Shown here: piece after piece, positions 35,136 to 48,611 of the stretch | How positions within the stretch are numbered: the first letter of the stretch is position 1 | Layout of the letters: each line of letters opens with the position of its first letter | Assembly: GCA_052327205.1 (NCBI GenBank) | Contig: CM126226.1 | Coordinates: 29,388,001 to 29,452,000, forward strand | DNA length: 64,000 nucleotides | Direction: 5' to 3' | DNA from: Somniosus microcephalus | Lineage: Eukaryota | Translations under genes and position numbers: made by a program | Notes under the pieces: model-generated | The model's database searches: none | Told to the model about the DNA's origin: nothing | What the model saw: only the letters and a program-made list of their open reading frames with translations

Positions 35136-36058
35136 CTTTCAAACTTTCCGCAAAATGCGTCGTTCAGCCAGATCCTTGCTGCTCCGTGGGCACAATCTGC
35201 CGCAAGGGAACAACTCAGCCATTTGCCCAGTGTGTGGTTATCGATCTCTGTGCCGGATCACAGATTTCTGTTAAAATGCAAAGATGCCCCAGAGAAAATG
35301 GCAGTCACCATATTCACGGGGCATTTATGGAAGTGCTGGAGCACGTTAAAAATTAGGAATTTAGGATTGAAAGGGAAAGCCCGTGCAAAACCTTTTGTTT
35401 TTTTACCCAAAGGAGCATAGAATGGTGGAGTACGTTACCAGGGAAGGACACTGAAGCAAACCATATAAATGGGTTCTAGCTGGATGCGAGCGATATGGCG
35501 AGAGGGTGAAAAACATTGGGCCAAATCATTTGTTCCCCTTGCTAAAAATCCTTACACATTACCCATTCATTGTACCCATTCTGCATTTGGGAAAATACAA
35601 GAACAGGTTTATTACAAAGGGGTAGGGGAAAAGGCGTAATCAAATGGCAGTGAAGATAAGGTTTTAAATAACCTCATACTTCCCTATTTTGGGAGTGAGC
35701 TTGTAAGATTGTGAATTCCACAGCAATAAATCAAATATTATTCTTTGTAGATAAGAAATTTAAGTATTTAATTCAGGCTTTACCAAAAGCGATTCACAGT
35801 TCGGGGGCAACATTCAGGCAGTAATTTTATCCAACTCCAATCCAACTCATTGATTTGGAGTCTGTTCAGCAAGTTGCAAGAGGACATTTATATTTCACAT
35901 CTGGTTAGGTGGCACCACTCAATCCAAAGTTTTGTTAAGCACGAAAGGAATGCCGTGATTCCCCGGACCCTACTTGGCAATACGAAAATTTGCAAATGGA
36001 TTCTCCTCCCCTCCCCATTGCCAAAGAAATCCATTCTTTTCACAAAAGGCATACTCAC

Positions 36059-36268
36059 ACTAGTGGTGTACGTCCCCTCGGTGTCATCTTCCAACACTCG
36101 GGAGAGGCCAAAGTCGGACACTTTGCACACCAGTTGACTATTCACCAGGATGTTGCGTGCTGCAAGGTCCCGGTGTACGTAGTTCATGTCGGAAAGATAC
36201 TTCATGCCAGCCGAAATTCCACGCAGCATTCCGACCAGTTGGAGAGAAGAGAAGTCACCATCGTTACT
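36059..36268 (-). CDS. EPHA2: EphA2 exon 13 equivalent: catalytic and activation loops
   Basis: [54 protein letters not shown]; 210 nt. Confidence 0.97.
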
Positions 36269-37010
36269 CTGCAACGGAAGAAGAAATGAATTCCCATCAA
36301 TCTCTAGCATGACCAGATCCATGAACCCACTCACTTCACTTCACATTAATCAGCAGTTAAACAATTGAACACCATTGAGCTATTACAGGAGTCAGCTAAA
36401 TATAGCACCTACGAGCCCCGTCATCATCCTCGGAACCCAAAATGATTTTAGAAAGATGTGGCAGCATCACAAAGCAAAATTATAGACTGCGCTGAAAGGC
36501 AGCTCCTGTATTTTCCAATGTTCACACTCCAGCATTGTGATTTTAATAAGCTGCTTGCATCACAATACCCGCAGCGTGCCTGCAGTGCCATCTCCACTCC
36601 TGGAGTTCAAACTGCAAGGGTCAAAGGGTTCGTGGACCAGTACTCGTGACCATTCACCATTAGCAAGAAAGATTCTTTGAACACATTTTGGATATTGCAG
36701 AAATCAAATTCAAGGAAATGGTTACAAGTTGTGCACATTCAGTGTGGTGACCATGGGGTTGGAATGTACAAAAATATAGAGATGTGCATAATTGAGGATC
36801 TCTGTGCTGGCTGCATGGGTGATTCATCTTTTACATCATATTCTCTTACTGGGAGTTGCATGGAGAAGTGATTTGGAAGGTCGTCCTAAATACAAATCAG
36901 GGTAAAGATGCGCCAGAAAATTTCCATTCCACCGCTTAATACAGATTAAACATATTTCAGATTCTCGTTCTAGTAGACTTCAACCAGGGATCTAAAACGT
37001 AGATACTTAC

Positions 37011-37072
37011 CCGGAGGTAGGCATCTAGTGCTCCATTTTCCATATACTCTGTAACAATCATCAGGGGTTTGT
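37011..37072 (-). CDS. EPHA2: EphA2 exon 12 equivalent: kinase hinge
   Basis: (Y)KPLMIVTEYMENGALDAYLR; 62 nt. Confidence 0.96.
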
Positions 37073-37224
37073 CTATAAGGAGACAGAGAGGACAGGGTGT
37101 AAGACAAGAGCATCTCCAGCGGACAGATTCACTCACTCTCTCCCCGGGCCATTCCACAGAGGCATTTACAGACTGACTGATACTTTACTGAGAGGTAGTT
37201 TCTTCATTTAACCGAGTTACTCAC

Positions 37225-37407
37225 ATTTAGTGACAACCCCCTCCAGGCGAATGACATTGTGATGACTGAACTGTCCCATGATGCTCGCTTCACTCAGAAA
37301 ATCGATCCTTTGGCTTTCAATATAGCCGGATTTCAATGTTTTAATAGCTACACCAATCTCTTTCCTCCCTTTCTTCAAAATTCCTTTGTAGACCTCACCA
37401 AATTCAC
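37225..37407 (-). CDS. EPHA2: EphA2 exon 11 equivalent: kinase N-lobe
   Basis: (G)[50 protein letters not shown]; 183 nt. Confidence 0.97.
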
Positions 37408-37667
37408 CTGTTCGGGTACAAAGCAGAGAATTTGTTTCAGGCAGTGATTTGTCAAGGCACAATCAGCTAGAACAGGCACCATCCGAACACCACCGAGTAT
37501 TGGCTCGCTACCGGCACTGCCAATGGCACAGGCCTGATTCAATACGAGCTCTGCCCAACACTTAGGGCGCTTTGGAGCATGCCTATGGTTTACTGGCATT
37601 GTGTTGCGCAGCATACAGTTCTACAGCTGGATACTCGAAGTAATTGTCGTGGTAAAGAGTTACGTAC

Positions 37668-37793
37668 CAGCTCCGATCACTTTCTGCTTGGTGATCGCAG
37701 ATGGATGGATCTCATCAGCAAACTTAAGGACAGCCTGGTTTGGATCCTCATACGTGTGTGGATCAACATAGGTCTTCAGAGGCTTCAGCTGGT
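37668..37793 (-). CDS. EPHA2: EphA2 exon 10 equivalent: juxtamembrane tyrosines
   Basis: (D)[41 protein letters not shown], diagnostic for EphA2; 126 nt. Confidence 0.97.
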
Positions 37794-38281
37794 CTGTGGA
37801 CACAAAAAAAATAAACATTTTATACGTGTAATCTGTTGCACACGGCGGGTAAGATACTAACATTAACAGTTGCAAACGTGTTATTGATTGCCATTAGGCC
37901 CAAGGCAGTGAGGAGGTCTGCAGATACCCAAATAAAACCACCAGGCCCAGCAGGGTGGGGCCCACAGTTACCCAAACGGAGCCAAGTGGCCTAGCAGGAT
38001 GAGGGAGCCTGTGGGAGCTGTGCCCTGGTGCTGCCTTGAGGAACTGGCTTTTTCAATATACAGTCAGTAATACACAAGATTTGCAGTAAGCAGAAGAGAG
38101 GGTTGAACGGGTGAAAGTGGGGTAATTAAAAATTGAAAATCCATATTTTCAAAACTGTTAGAAGGGGTAAAACCAGAAGACGTTACTCAGCTTATAAATA
38201 ATTTGGAAGAAAATCATCTCTCAGGGCCTCCATTCTAAGTCGGCTTATCCTCTGAAGGCAGGATCTTTAAATAAGACTTAC

Positions 38282-38340
38282 CAGGGATTTTGGTGAAATA
38301 AATATCCTCGGGTCCCTGACGAGCACGGGAACTGCGTCTC
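38282..38340 (-). CDS. EPHA2: EphA2 exon 9 equivalent: juxtamembrane
   Basis: RRSSRARQGPEDIYFTKIP (human RKNQRARQSPEDVYFSKS); 59 nt; phases fit both neighbours. Confidence 0.93.
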
Positions 38341-38909
38341 CTAAAAAAAAAAAAAATAAGAGTTTAAAAAAAAAAGAAGTTCATTCAGGAAAAGCAAAAA
38401 TGACCATATCAGACTAGTCTGGCTTTGAGGAAGAGTGGTTGGTAATTCTGATCATGAGAAACCAGATGGTAAAGGACTCGTTTTCAGTTGCTGCAAGAAG
38501 TGACTGATTTCTTCCATGTGTGACGTTTGACCAGTTGTGCCCTTTCATGTTACAATTTTTTTTATTTTTTTAAATATGCACCGCCTCCTCTCTGGTTTTG
38601 GATGGGGGAAAAAAGGCCCCTCTGGGCTAATAACATGACTTGGGAAGGTATTGTCCAATGGGTTTTTTCTGCCCTATACCAGACACTCACTGACTTATGA
38701 AATACCGGGAGCCCAGTGCTAAATACAACATTATTGAAAGGCTTACCACCTCATGGTGCATCTGGGCTAGGCCCCTATCTGGAGCACATCACGCAAGTAT
38801 CAGTTATAAGCTGTAAAATTATAGCTTGCATGGAAACACATTGAAAGAAAATCCTACAAAGAGTACTGAAGGGGTTAAATTGATTGCTACAAGCAAGTTA
38901 AAAACGCAC

Positions 38910-39003
38910 CTCCGCCTGAGGTAGAGAAAAACAATCACCAGCAGTATCATCGTGACTCCTCCAACCACCATCCCCACTATAAGGGTTGTCCAATTAGAAT
39001 CTG
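38910..39003 (-). CDS. EPHA2: EphA2 exon 8 equivalent: transmembrane helix
   Basis: (A)DSNWTTLIVGMVVGGVTMILLVIVFLYLRR(R). Tandem CAGCAG acceptor gives an alternative start at 39000. Confidence 0.92.
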
Positions 39004-39715
39004 CTGAAAGAAAGGGAAGAGAATTATTTTCTCATCCTGGGTTCCACCTGCTGTACATTTCTATTTTATTTCAGATTTACACTGTGCACAGTTTTCCTTT
39101 TGATTTCCTACAACTATTCTATTTCTGGTGAAACTCCTAGGAACTTGAAGCTTACCCATCCCATCAAGTGGATGCTGGTCATATACAGTACAGAGCCGGC
39201 CGGCCCAAACTCTCTTTTAAAGCAGCACTCAACGGTAGAATTTACTGTCTGCATCCAGGCAGCGAACCGCAGTGACTGTCATACAAAGCACTGGAACCAC
39301 ACAGTGCATTCAACGAGCTCACAGATCAAACTGGGGAGGCACAGGAGCCTTTAATCCGCTAACCCGACCTCTTGGGACAGGACTGCAAGGACCCGAGCAG
39401 TTTTAAAAGCAAAGGAATCACAAAAGGAGAAAAAAAAATGTACAAATGCTTGAAATTGAGTCTAAAGATTTTTTAAAACTGCTGGAAATACACTGCAAAT
39501 CCCACCATCATCCGAAATCCCACCATCATCCGAAAGAGTTAATGAGTTAGTTTCTGACGAAGGGTCTTCCTCTGAAACTTCTTTTCTCTCGCATGCTGAC
39601 AGACCTGCTTTGTGTGCCTTGCATTTTCCGTTTTCATTTTTCAAAGGAATGGGGGAAGCATTACAAATCTACTAACAGGAGAAGAACAACCTGAGAAACT
39701 GGAACGGTGCATCAC

Positions 39716-39878
39716 CTTTATCCGGAAGAGTCAGGAACTCATACGTCTCGCTGTAAAACCCGGCCCCCTCTGGTGTCAGCGCCTGCACACGAAAAACATA
39801 CACCGTACCAGGCAGCAAGTTTGAAACCTTCACAAGGGTACTGTCAGAACGCAGCACTGTGTAGCTCTGTTGATCCAC
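39716..39878 (-). CDS. EPHA2: EphA2 exon 7 equivalent: FN3-2, second half
   Basis: VDQQSYTVLRSDSTLVKVSNLLPGTVYVFRVQALTPEGAG..LPDK; 163 nt. Confidence 0.93.
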
Positions 39879-42810
39879 CTACAGGGAGGACATTGGGGGA
39901 GGAAAAAAGAGAGAGATAAAACAGCAGCTCCCACCATCAAGGCAACCGAGCTGACCCCAGCCTCTTGGGGGTCAGGACAGGGCAGTTGCGCTCAACAGAA
40001 TGTAAAGTGAAAAGAATTAAACCTCTCCTTTTTGTGATTTCTCTTGTTCTGTATTGCAAAGGGACCCTGGTGATTAAGAGACGCTAATGATCTCTTTGGA
40101 GCAGTGAATGGCCACCATCACATAAGGGGAACATGGTTCTCAAGGAGTCTCATTAATATGTAAACCTTTAGATGCGCCCAGAGTTAAGCACAAGGAATAC
40201 ATGCATGTTAAACAGGGGGACTACACAGCTTTTGTAATTCACAAAACAACAAAAGATCTGCGTCGTAAACCACAAAGCAAAGCTCAAGCTACTTTAATTC
40301 ATCATCAGTTACTCCAGAGGTTGCGAATGTAGTGTTAGTGGACAAAGATTCTTTTTTTGTTACGTAAATAGAGTTTTATTTTCCTCTCCCCATTCAAGAT
40401 GATGAGGTACTCAGGAATGGGTTCCATGTGGGTCGGCCCCCTTCACCCATTCTTCCGGCATGAGCCTAGATAGTGAATATTGCTGGGCCATTTGACCATG
40501 GCATGCATCGCACCCAAATCTGAACATCCAAGCACAGGTGCGCTCCAGCAAGAGTCACTGGACAGTGATCAGGAATACTGTCGATTTATGCCCCCCACTC
40601 CCCATCTCCAGCCCAGGGACAAAGGCCAGTTTAGCACCTCCAACCACCGCTCCTGTCGAGAACAACTCATTCAGCACAGATCAGGGCTCAAACCTGGAGC
40701 TGTTCAGTATTGTTTTAAAGGACTAGATGGTCACAGCAGCCACCAACATCCTTGCACTTTCTCAGATGGTTGTGAGTTGCTCTCAAAATGGGATTTTTTT
40801 TTTTTTTTTTAACATCAAGGTTATTTGAGAGTGAATTTCACACAAGAAAGTTCCTTTCCACAGGATATGGAAGCGATGTTGCAGCCTGGAGTTTCACTAA
40901 TTCCCATTGACAAGTCTGTCAGTTTACACTTAACGCCTCGGGGGAATTATCTGGGTGTTGCTTACTCATCTCAATGAGGGATTAGTTTGACTAGTCCTCA
41001 GATATATGTAACAGTATCTGTGTTTCAGGATGTTACACTTATTACAGACAACACAGCCTTGCAGCTGCCCAAAGTCCAACACCCTCACTGGCTTGTACGT
41101 TTCCTTAATTAAATTGCAGACTGGCTTCAGATCACTTCTTGTTTCAAGCGCATCTACTGGTGTGAAATTCTTTGTCAGCTGGATGTTTGCTATGCATGAA
41201 AACCATCACCATGTTTAAATCTAAATCGAGCTATTGAGAAATGGACACCCAACCTGTAGGGTTTTCCGTTTCCCCAATATAGTGTGCACACTCTTTCCCC
41301 CTGCTCCCCACACGGGGCATATCTCAGGTTACCCAAGTCCAGAGAGTTTAGGTGCCGGTGTAGTATCTGCTTTCAGTGTGATGGAAGGACCTACACAGGG
41401 CAGCTTGCGTCATGCCAGCCTCCTTGAAGCTTATGTCCAATACTGTGCACCAGGCTTACTCATTACTAACTGCTTAATCCATGTGAGGGGCTTTGGTAAA
41501 GAGGTGTGACTATCACCAGGTTAACTCCCCGTCCAGAAAGCCCTCCGTCCCTTCAGCTGCTTCACTTTTTGGCACAAATCCACCTCACAGCCTGGTCCTG
41601 GATCTCCCACATGAGCTGGAGGAAGCCCTTCTGCTGTGTGCCTAGGAGATCTGAACCATGAAGGAGAACTGTTTGGACTTGCGTCATACACTACAAACAA
41701 CCTACATTGGGATTTTGCCATCCTCAAGAAAGATGAAAAAGACCAAAGTGCTCTTTGCCCTTTCTCAGTGTGATTCTGAAGGGCTGTGTCCAGGCATTTA
41801 CCAGAACCTCCAGGTACCGATATAAAACAACAATTGGATGAAATGCCCTTTGATTTCCCAATCAATACCTTGGAGGTCCTTTCTTGAGCTGTGCAAGGCC
41901 ATAATACTGATTTTTTAGGACACCACCCACCACTGTATCTCATCAATTAGCCCACTGTTGAAGATAGTGAGTAGGGAACACTAAATCCCTGGCCGAATCT
42001 GTCAGTAACACAATATCATCCGTGAAAAGGAGTGCCGCAATATGTTCCGAAATGTCTGGAACAGACACCCTGAGGCCATCCCCAAGATGCCAAACTGAGA
42101 ATTTGACAATGGATTGACAGGATCCTCAAACAGCAGTGGCTTATTTGGGTAGGTGCTGTCTTTCATGGATCAGTGACTAGTTGCAACATGTAGTGTGGTA
42201 GAGCCACATTGATGACCAGAGTGCCAGGTTTGACCCATGGTCTGTGCCCGGTTAGCTGATCGCAGCCAGGATAATGGATAGGACAACTGGCCTCAGTGCC
42301 TGGGGGCAAGTGGAAGAAAAGTAATCAGGGTTCCCATTGCCAATCCCTACCCAATGGCTGTGTGGATGGATTATGTAAGGCCTACCACAGACAGCCTGCC
42401 AACAGTCACAACCTAGGCTCAAAAATGAAGAATGACCAACTGATGAGGTATTGGAGGGAGACTGGTATCTGAGGATTGGAGCCTCAACATCTCAGCACTT
42501 CCAAGAGAGCAGATGAGAAAATTAGGGGAAAATCGTTCTTTTGGCCCAGTTTGGCCTGTTTGGGTGACTCAAAGGCAAATATGTTACCAAGAACAACCGT
42601 TCTTTAAACATCTCTAGACAGGAATTATAGAAAAGGTAAAAGGAAGTGGTAGAGGCCATGACTCTGGACAGAGAACCTGAGTGGCAGCTGTGAAGCCACC
42701 CACATCAGTGGGCTTCTGGAGGAGCAGCAATAAGGGGACAGAGCCAAGTGTCCAGGAAGTGACGGCACCAACAGCACTGAAGTGGGGCAAGTCCACTGAT
42801 ATATTCTCAC

Positions 42811-42935
42811 CTTCTTGCTGTACATGAGCTCGTAGCCTGAAATGCGACTCATCTGCCTCTTGGGAACACCCCAGGACAGAGTAAGGCTGGACTTCTCACG
42901 TTTCTTCATCACTATTGAGGTGATTTTAGGAGGTT
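42811..42935 (-). CDS. EPHA2: EphA2 exon 6 equivalent: FN3-2, first half
   Basis: (E)PPKITSIVMKKREKSSLTLSWGVPKRQMSRISGYELMYSKK; 125 nt. Confidence 0.95.
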
Positions 42936-43419
42936 CTGTGGTAGCAAGAAACAAGAGGTAATAAATATTGTGCAAGTGTCTTAGTTGAACACAATGGCAG
43001 GTTGCCTCAGTACTGGGCCATTCAGTACCCATCCGAAGGGTGGTCACCTGGTTCAGTTTGAAGGGTGGCAGCCCAGTAGTTTTGAGAAATTAAAACCAAA
43101 GTCATTTTGCAATGCTAGATTTTTTTTTATTTTTTAAAAAGGTCATGTGCACGGTGAAAAGACCTGGCTGGATGTGCACAGGATTTTTTAAAAAAAATTC
43201 TGCTCCCAGTTTGGACTGGGTAAAAGGTGCCCAACACACTAGTCAATGTTCCACACCACAGTGAGGAACTAAAACACTGGCTTACGACAGAATACCCAAA
43301 CTCCAGCATACACGCTACCTGCAAAGCTAAGAAGCAGTTGTGATATGCAGTGACTGCATATCCACAAGCTGCACGCCTGGCCCAGAGACCACCCCCACCC
43401 ACATCTCGATGTCAAGGGC

Positions 43420-43670
43420 AGTTCATTGCTCCACAACACTTGGCTTTGGCGCTGTCCTGGCCAACATTTCCCTCTTCAACCAATACCACCAAAAACAGAT
43501 GAACTTGTTATTCATTTCACTTGCTGTTGATAGGACCCTTGTTGTGCACCAATTGGCTGCTGTGTTTACCTACATAACAGTGATTACACTTCAAAAGTAA
43601 TTCATTGGCCGCGATGCACTTTGGGACCTCCTGGGATGTGAAAGGTGCTATATCAATGCAACATTGCTTT
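43420..43670 (+). mobile_element. DeuSINE 3' half
   Basis: GTCCTGGCCAACATT..CACTTCAAAAGTA..GAAAGGTGCTATATCAATGCAA. Confidence 0.7.
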
Positions 43671-44719
43671 TATACCCAGCCTAAAGGGCACAGTGCCCAC
43701 AATACTCATTGATTACAGTTGAGTGGCACGATAAGATGCTGAATTACTCAGACTCCAGCAAGACGGGTTTGGGCTGCGGGATATCGATGTTGCATTGGTA
43801 GAGCTGTGGCTTATGTCCCAGTCTTGGTTTTTTGTTGGTATTCAGCCCTGGAGAATCAGAGTCCTCAATTTTGCAGTGACTGTATCTGATACTCTTATGG
43901 TAGTCTCGCAGCTTCTCTGGTTCATGAAGAGATTTGGCTGATATCGCCCTTTTTCTATATTTCTCTCGAACATACATCACACACTGCAAATAAACAGCTT
44001 TAAATTTCTGTCCCCTGCATGTTAAACAAGAGGGTAAATGCTCCGAGTATGGAGTAGGCTCAAAGAGAGAGTGCCGGATTGGGCATCAGCCTCACTGTGC
44101 TGCAGCCCCACCTCTAACCCTTGCTCCCTTTCACCATGGCTCCACGGTAGGAGCACGGGATTGGTGAATTTACCGCAAGGGTTCGTGAACAGGGGAAGTG
44201 CGTTTCTATATTGGAACCCATTGAATGCTTGGGCGGTACTAAGCCATGCAAACCAGAGGTCCCTAGTTGTATCCTCAGTTGGTTTCAAGTAAGGCAGCGG
44301 TTTTGGCACAACAGTTGGCCTCAGTACCCCGGACTGGAGAAAGAGAAAGAAAAGTCAGCCAGTTCCCACTCCTGATCGCGATTCAGTGACTCCGGCTGGA
44401 AGTGCCTGCGTGTATACATCAGATGCAATGGGATCAGACTTGGCTGGGAGTCCTAAACAGGACACCAGTCATTGTCCAGCTCCCACATAAGGGAGGGCCA
44501 CTTGAGCAAAAGGTACAGGAAGGCTGCCAGGACCCGTGATCAGCGCCCGCAGCGGAGGAGTAGACAAGATTAGACGGTGGGGTGGGGGGGAAAAATCAGG
44601 ATAGTTGATGTCCTTAGAGGAGGGGGCAGTAAGTACCAACAATCCACATTCCTGACTCGAGGTGGCCCTCGCTCTTGATCGGAATGCCGCCTCACTTTGC
44701 TGTTCAGTTTAACACGTAC

Positions 44720-45049
44720 CCGTCTCGTTAATTAAGGCAACAGCGCTGGCGACACTGCGCGTGAAGCTCTGGTCGGACACTCCATTCCTCGCTTCAACCT
44801 TGAAGGTATAGTTGGTGTGTGGCTCCAGCTCCACCACACTCACGGTGGTCTCCATAAATGGGAACTGCCGGGTAAAGCGGACACCCGCCTCGCAGGGTTT
44901 GCAGTTTCCCGTGTCCCAAGCGCAGCGCTCGCACACCACACTGTAGGTGAGGTCGCTGCGGCCCCCGGTGTCACTGGGCGGCATCCACTTCAACAGAACG
45001 GTGGAACCCACGGCAGTGGCGGTAACGGCCTCGGGCATGGAGGGCGGCC
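44720..45049 (-). CDS. EPHA2: EphA2 exon 5 equivalent: FN3-1
   Basis: (R)PPSMPEAVTATAVGSTVLLKWMPPSDTGGRSDLTYSVVCE..LEPHTNYTFKVEARNGVS..INET; 330 nt. Confidence 0.96.
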
Positions 45050-45224
45050 CTGTAGATTAAACACAATAGAAACATTAAGTCACCACACCGCTGCCGGGGG
45101 ACGGCTTATTCGGCGATAGAGAAGACCCACATGAGCACACTGCTCATCCTGGCTGGCCCCAACCTCACTCTGGGGACAGACAGGGGCAGAGGCCTATACT
45201 CCAGGGTTCAACAATGAAGGCTTT

Positions 45225-45875
45225 AGAACATGGGGAAAAAAATGGAGCAGGAGTAGGCCATTCGGCCCTTCGAGCCTGCTCCGCCATTCTATATGATCAT
45301 GGCTGATCCTCTATCTCAATACCATATTCCCGCTCTCTCCCCATACCCCTTGATGCCTTTTGCGTCTAGAAATCTATCTATCTCCTTCTTAAATATATTC
45401 AGTGACTTGGCCTCCACAGCCTTCTGTGGTAGAGAATTCCACAGGTTCACCACCCTCTGAGTGATGAAATTGCTCCTCATTTCAGTCCTAAATGTCCTAC
45501 CCCGTATCCTGAGACTGTGACCCCTCGTTCTAGACCCCCCAGCCAGGGGAAACATCCTCCCTGCATCCAGTCTGTCTAGCCCTGTCAGAACTTTATACGT
45601 TTCAATGAGATCCCCGCTCATTCTTCCAAACTCTAGTGAATACAGGCCTAGTTGACCCAATCTCTCCTCATACGACAGTCCTGCCATCCCAGGAATCAGT
45701 CTGGATGGCAGTACTCCCTCTATGGCAAGTAAATCCTTTCTTAGGCAAGGAGACCAAAACTGCACACAGTACTCCAGGTATGGTCTCACCAAGGCCCTGT
45801 ATAACTGTAGTAAGACATCCATGCTCCTGTACTCAAATCCTCTTGCAATGAAGGCCAACATACCATCTGCCTTCC
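45225..45875 (-). mobile_element. CR1 LINE 3' fragment in intron 4
   Basis: 181-aa ORF MLAFIARGFEY..LYRALVRPYLEYCVQFWSP..FITQRVVNLWN; ends ~50 nt from the exon 4 donor. Confidence 0.92.
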
Positions 45876-45924
45876 TTTACATGCAGTGCACACAGACAAG
45901 TGTGGAAAAGGTGATTATACTCAC

Positions 45925-46080
45925 GAGAACACGCAGAGGTGGCGGGGTCACGGGGGGCTCGGTAGAAACCCTCCTCGCATGGACACGAGCTGGAACCTGC
46001 TGCAGAGGGCTGGGTGTTGGCGGGGCATTCCAAGCAGGGGTCATTGGTGGCCTTTGACTTGAAGAACCCTTCCTTACACA
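45925..46080 (-). CDS. EPHA2: EphA2 exon 4 equivalent: EGF-like/cysteine-rich
   Basis: CKEGFFKSKATNDPCLECPANTQPSAAGSSSCPCEEGFYRAPRDPATSACS; 156 nt, phase 1-1. Confidence 0.96.
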
Positions 46081-46849
46081 CTGGAAAACACAGATGCACG
46101 ATTTAGTACAGAATCAGTAGAAGCAGAGACATCAAGAACAACTCAACAGGATCATCAATGTCCAAGTCTCTGACTCGGATCTAGCAGCAATATTTAATAT
46201 CAGTATCACACGCCTCTTTCTTCACCCCACCCCCCCCTTTCTGGTAGCTCGTACAAGTGCCCATTTTTCATTTGTTAAGAGTTGCTGGGCTGTTCAACTG
46301 TGGGGCCATTGTAGTCAAACCTGATGCTGTTTAATTTGAGCAAATTCAAGGCACTTTTATACTCTGGGGATATCACTACATCACGTTTCAGGAGAGCCAC
46401 CTCACATGGATTGGGGAAGCTGATCTCCGCAGACCACTGGCTCCACTCTTACAGAGCCCCACACAGGATAAACCTACATTTTCATGGGTTTACGATGCCA
46501 TCTGTTCCTGGGCTTGTTTACACTAATGGACTGGAGCTGAAGGAGGGAGAACCTGTACCTCTGCAGTCAGCTGACCGCCTGTCGTGTAAAAAGCCTATTT
46601 AAAAGTTACCCGGAACCACTTGTTGTTTAAACAGGTGAAGAAGCACCAGCCAACTACTCGAGATTAGGGCGCTCAAAAACAGAACGGCTTTAATATTTGG
46701 TTTGGTGGGATGTTAGTAGCACAATCAGTGACCAGTTTATTTACTGGGTTTCCACACCAGCTTTAATAAATCCAACAAGTTCACACTGCGGGGATGCCAG
46801 CGTCCACACAATTCTAGCACCCCACTAAACCAGATATGAAAACCAACTA

Positions 46850-47173
46850 CAGGAAACTTTTTTTTAATCCGGCACGGACGGGACTGACGTGGTGCCGGTT
46901 CATCAAAAATTCCGGATAACCGAACGCTGTAGTAAAAGATAGGGAGAGCTGACAGCTCCATATGAAGCAACAAACCCTGTTGCTTAGCAACAACTGTAGA
47001 ACAATGGCCACAAGTTTCAAGCGTCTCTGTAGCTTAGCAACAGCTGCAGCCACACCCTTGCACAGCACAGATGGAAGGCGGCAAATACAATATGAAGTAA
47101 AACCTACTCCTGAATTTTGCCGGTTAACCGAGATTTCCGGTTATTTAGGTGCCGGTAAATCGAAAGTTTTCTG
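46850..47173. mobile_element. Tc1/mariner (Tigger-like) MITE
   Basis: Imperfect TIRs CAGGAAACTTT..ATCCGGCAC and GTGCCGGTAAATCGAAAGTTTTCTG, with TA flanks. Confidence 0.7.
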
Positions 47174-48162
47174 TAGAAGCATTGGCTTTGCACTTAGGAG
47201 TGGAGCAGAGAGAGATAGGCTACTTTGTGTAGGAGAGTTCAAGATGTCTCTCCAGTCGAGAGCTCATGAGTGGCTGGGTTAAGTGATTTCAATTTACTTG
47301 TGTAAACAGAATGTCAACTGCCTGACAATCAGACTATTGTAACTGTCAAGCTTGTCATTCTAATGAAAGGAGTCAGTAGGTACCAATTGTGCAGTCCTGA
47401 AACCCTGTCCGTCCGGAGGCTGCTTCTCTCACTTTGGGGGAATTTCTGGTATTTTCCTGCATTCCAACCCGACACGTACTCAGCAGCTGGGGGGACAACT
47501 GCTCCAAGCAAACAGCCACCTCCTGTTGGTTACACAGAGTGGGTTCAGAGCTGGGGGCCTGAGTTTATGACAGGGGATATAACAGTTCCTCTGTGTACAC
47601 AGCAGAGCACAGCTGACCTCGTAGGCAAGTTGTGTGCTGAGCGCATCCAGTCACTCCGAGAGAACATTCCCAACATAGACAAAAGGCTGAAGAGGAGGAG
47701 GGGGGAAAAAAAAAAGGACGGGTTCTTCACACGACCTCAGGCATTCTCACCCCAACTGGTTTGTTCATTCCACTTCGCCAGCAACCAAGTGACAGACAAC
47801 CAACTGGCTCATCAAATTAACTGAGCACGGAGCATGCATTAAACAGAACATGGAGATTCCCCTTCCCAGTCCTGCACCCATCTCTTAAACACTAGCATCT
47901 GCCTGCTGTTGGGCATTCTATGAACTTCCAGATGTTCCATTCACCTCTTGCTTGAAAATTACCATTTGTAATATTAGCAGATGATTGCTTTACATGTTCA
48001 TATGACAACCCTCTGACTGCAATTTCAACAGAGGTGTTGACGCTCCTCTGCTATTATTCGATGTTATGTAAATGTACACAGTGTTCATACGCCAACACCG
48101 CACATTGCAAATCACCAATTCCTAGGTTCACAGCATTTGATGATGTTTTTGCATCTATGCCG

Positions 48163-48581
48163 GGTCAGCCGTGGCTCAGTGGGCAGCACTCTGGCCGGAG
48201 TCAGGTGGTCATGGGTTCAAGTCCCACTCCAGGGACTTGAGCACAAAAATCTAGGCTAACACACCAGTGCAGTGCTGAGGGAGTGCGGCACTGTCGGAGG
48301 TGCCAATGAGACGTTAAACCGAAACCCTGTCTGCTCGCTCAGGTGGATGTAGAAGATCCCATGGCACTATTTTGAAGAAGCGCAGGGGAGTTGTCCCCGG
48401 TGTCCTGGCCAATATTTATCCCTCAATCAACATCACTAAAACAGGTTAGCTGTGCGCAAATTGGCTGCCATGTTTCCTACATGACTACACTTCAAAAAAG
48501 TACTCCATTGGCTGTAAAGTGCTTTGGGATGTCCTGAGGTTGTGAAAGGTGCTATATAAATGCAAGTCTTTCTTTCTTTCT
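48163..48581 (+). mobile_element. DeuSINE (SacSINE1-like)
   Basis: GTCAGCCGTGGCTCAGTGG..GGTTCAAGTCCC head, Deu centre and (TTTC)n tail. Confidence 0.85.
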
Positions 48582-48611
48582 ATGCAATGAGAGCCATTTA
48601 GAGGGAAAATA

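Noticed and set aside
34415-35356. 313-aa plus-strand ORF antisense to EPHA2
   Set aside because: Its core is a 5'-truncated CR1 RT C-terminus extended by chance into flanking intron sequence; not a host gene.
39497-39535. 18-bp tandem duplication AAATCCCACCATCATCCG
   Set aside because: Simple local duplication in an intron with no supporting context.
48163-48240. tRNA-like sequences with A and B boxes (also ~15690-15757, 48990-49056, 8720-8775)
   Set aside because: They continue directly into SINE or LINE bodies and lack a complete cloverleaf; not tRNA genes.
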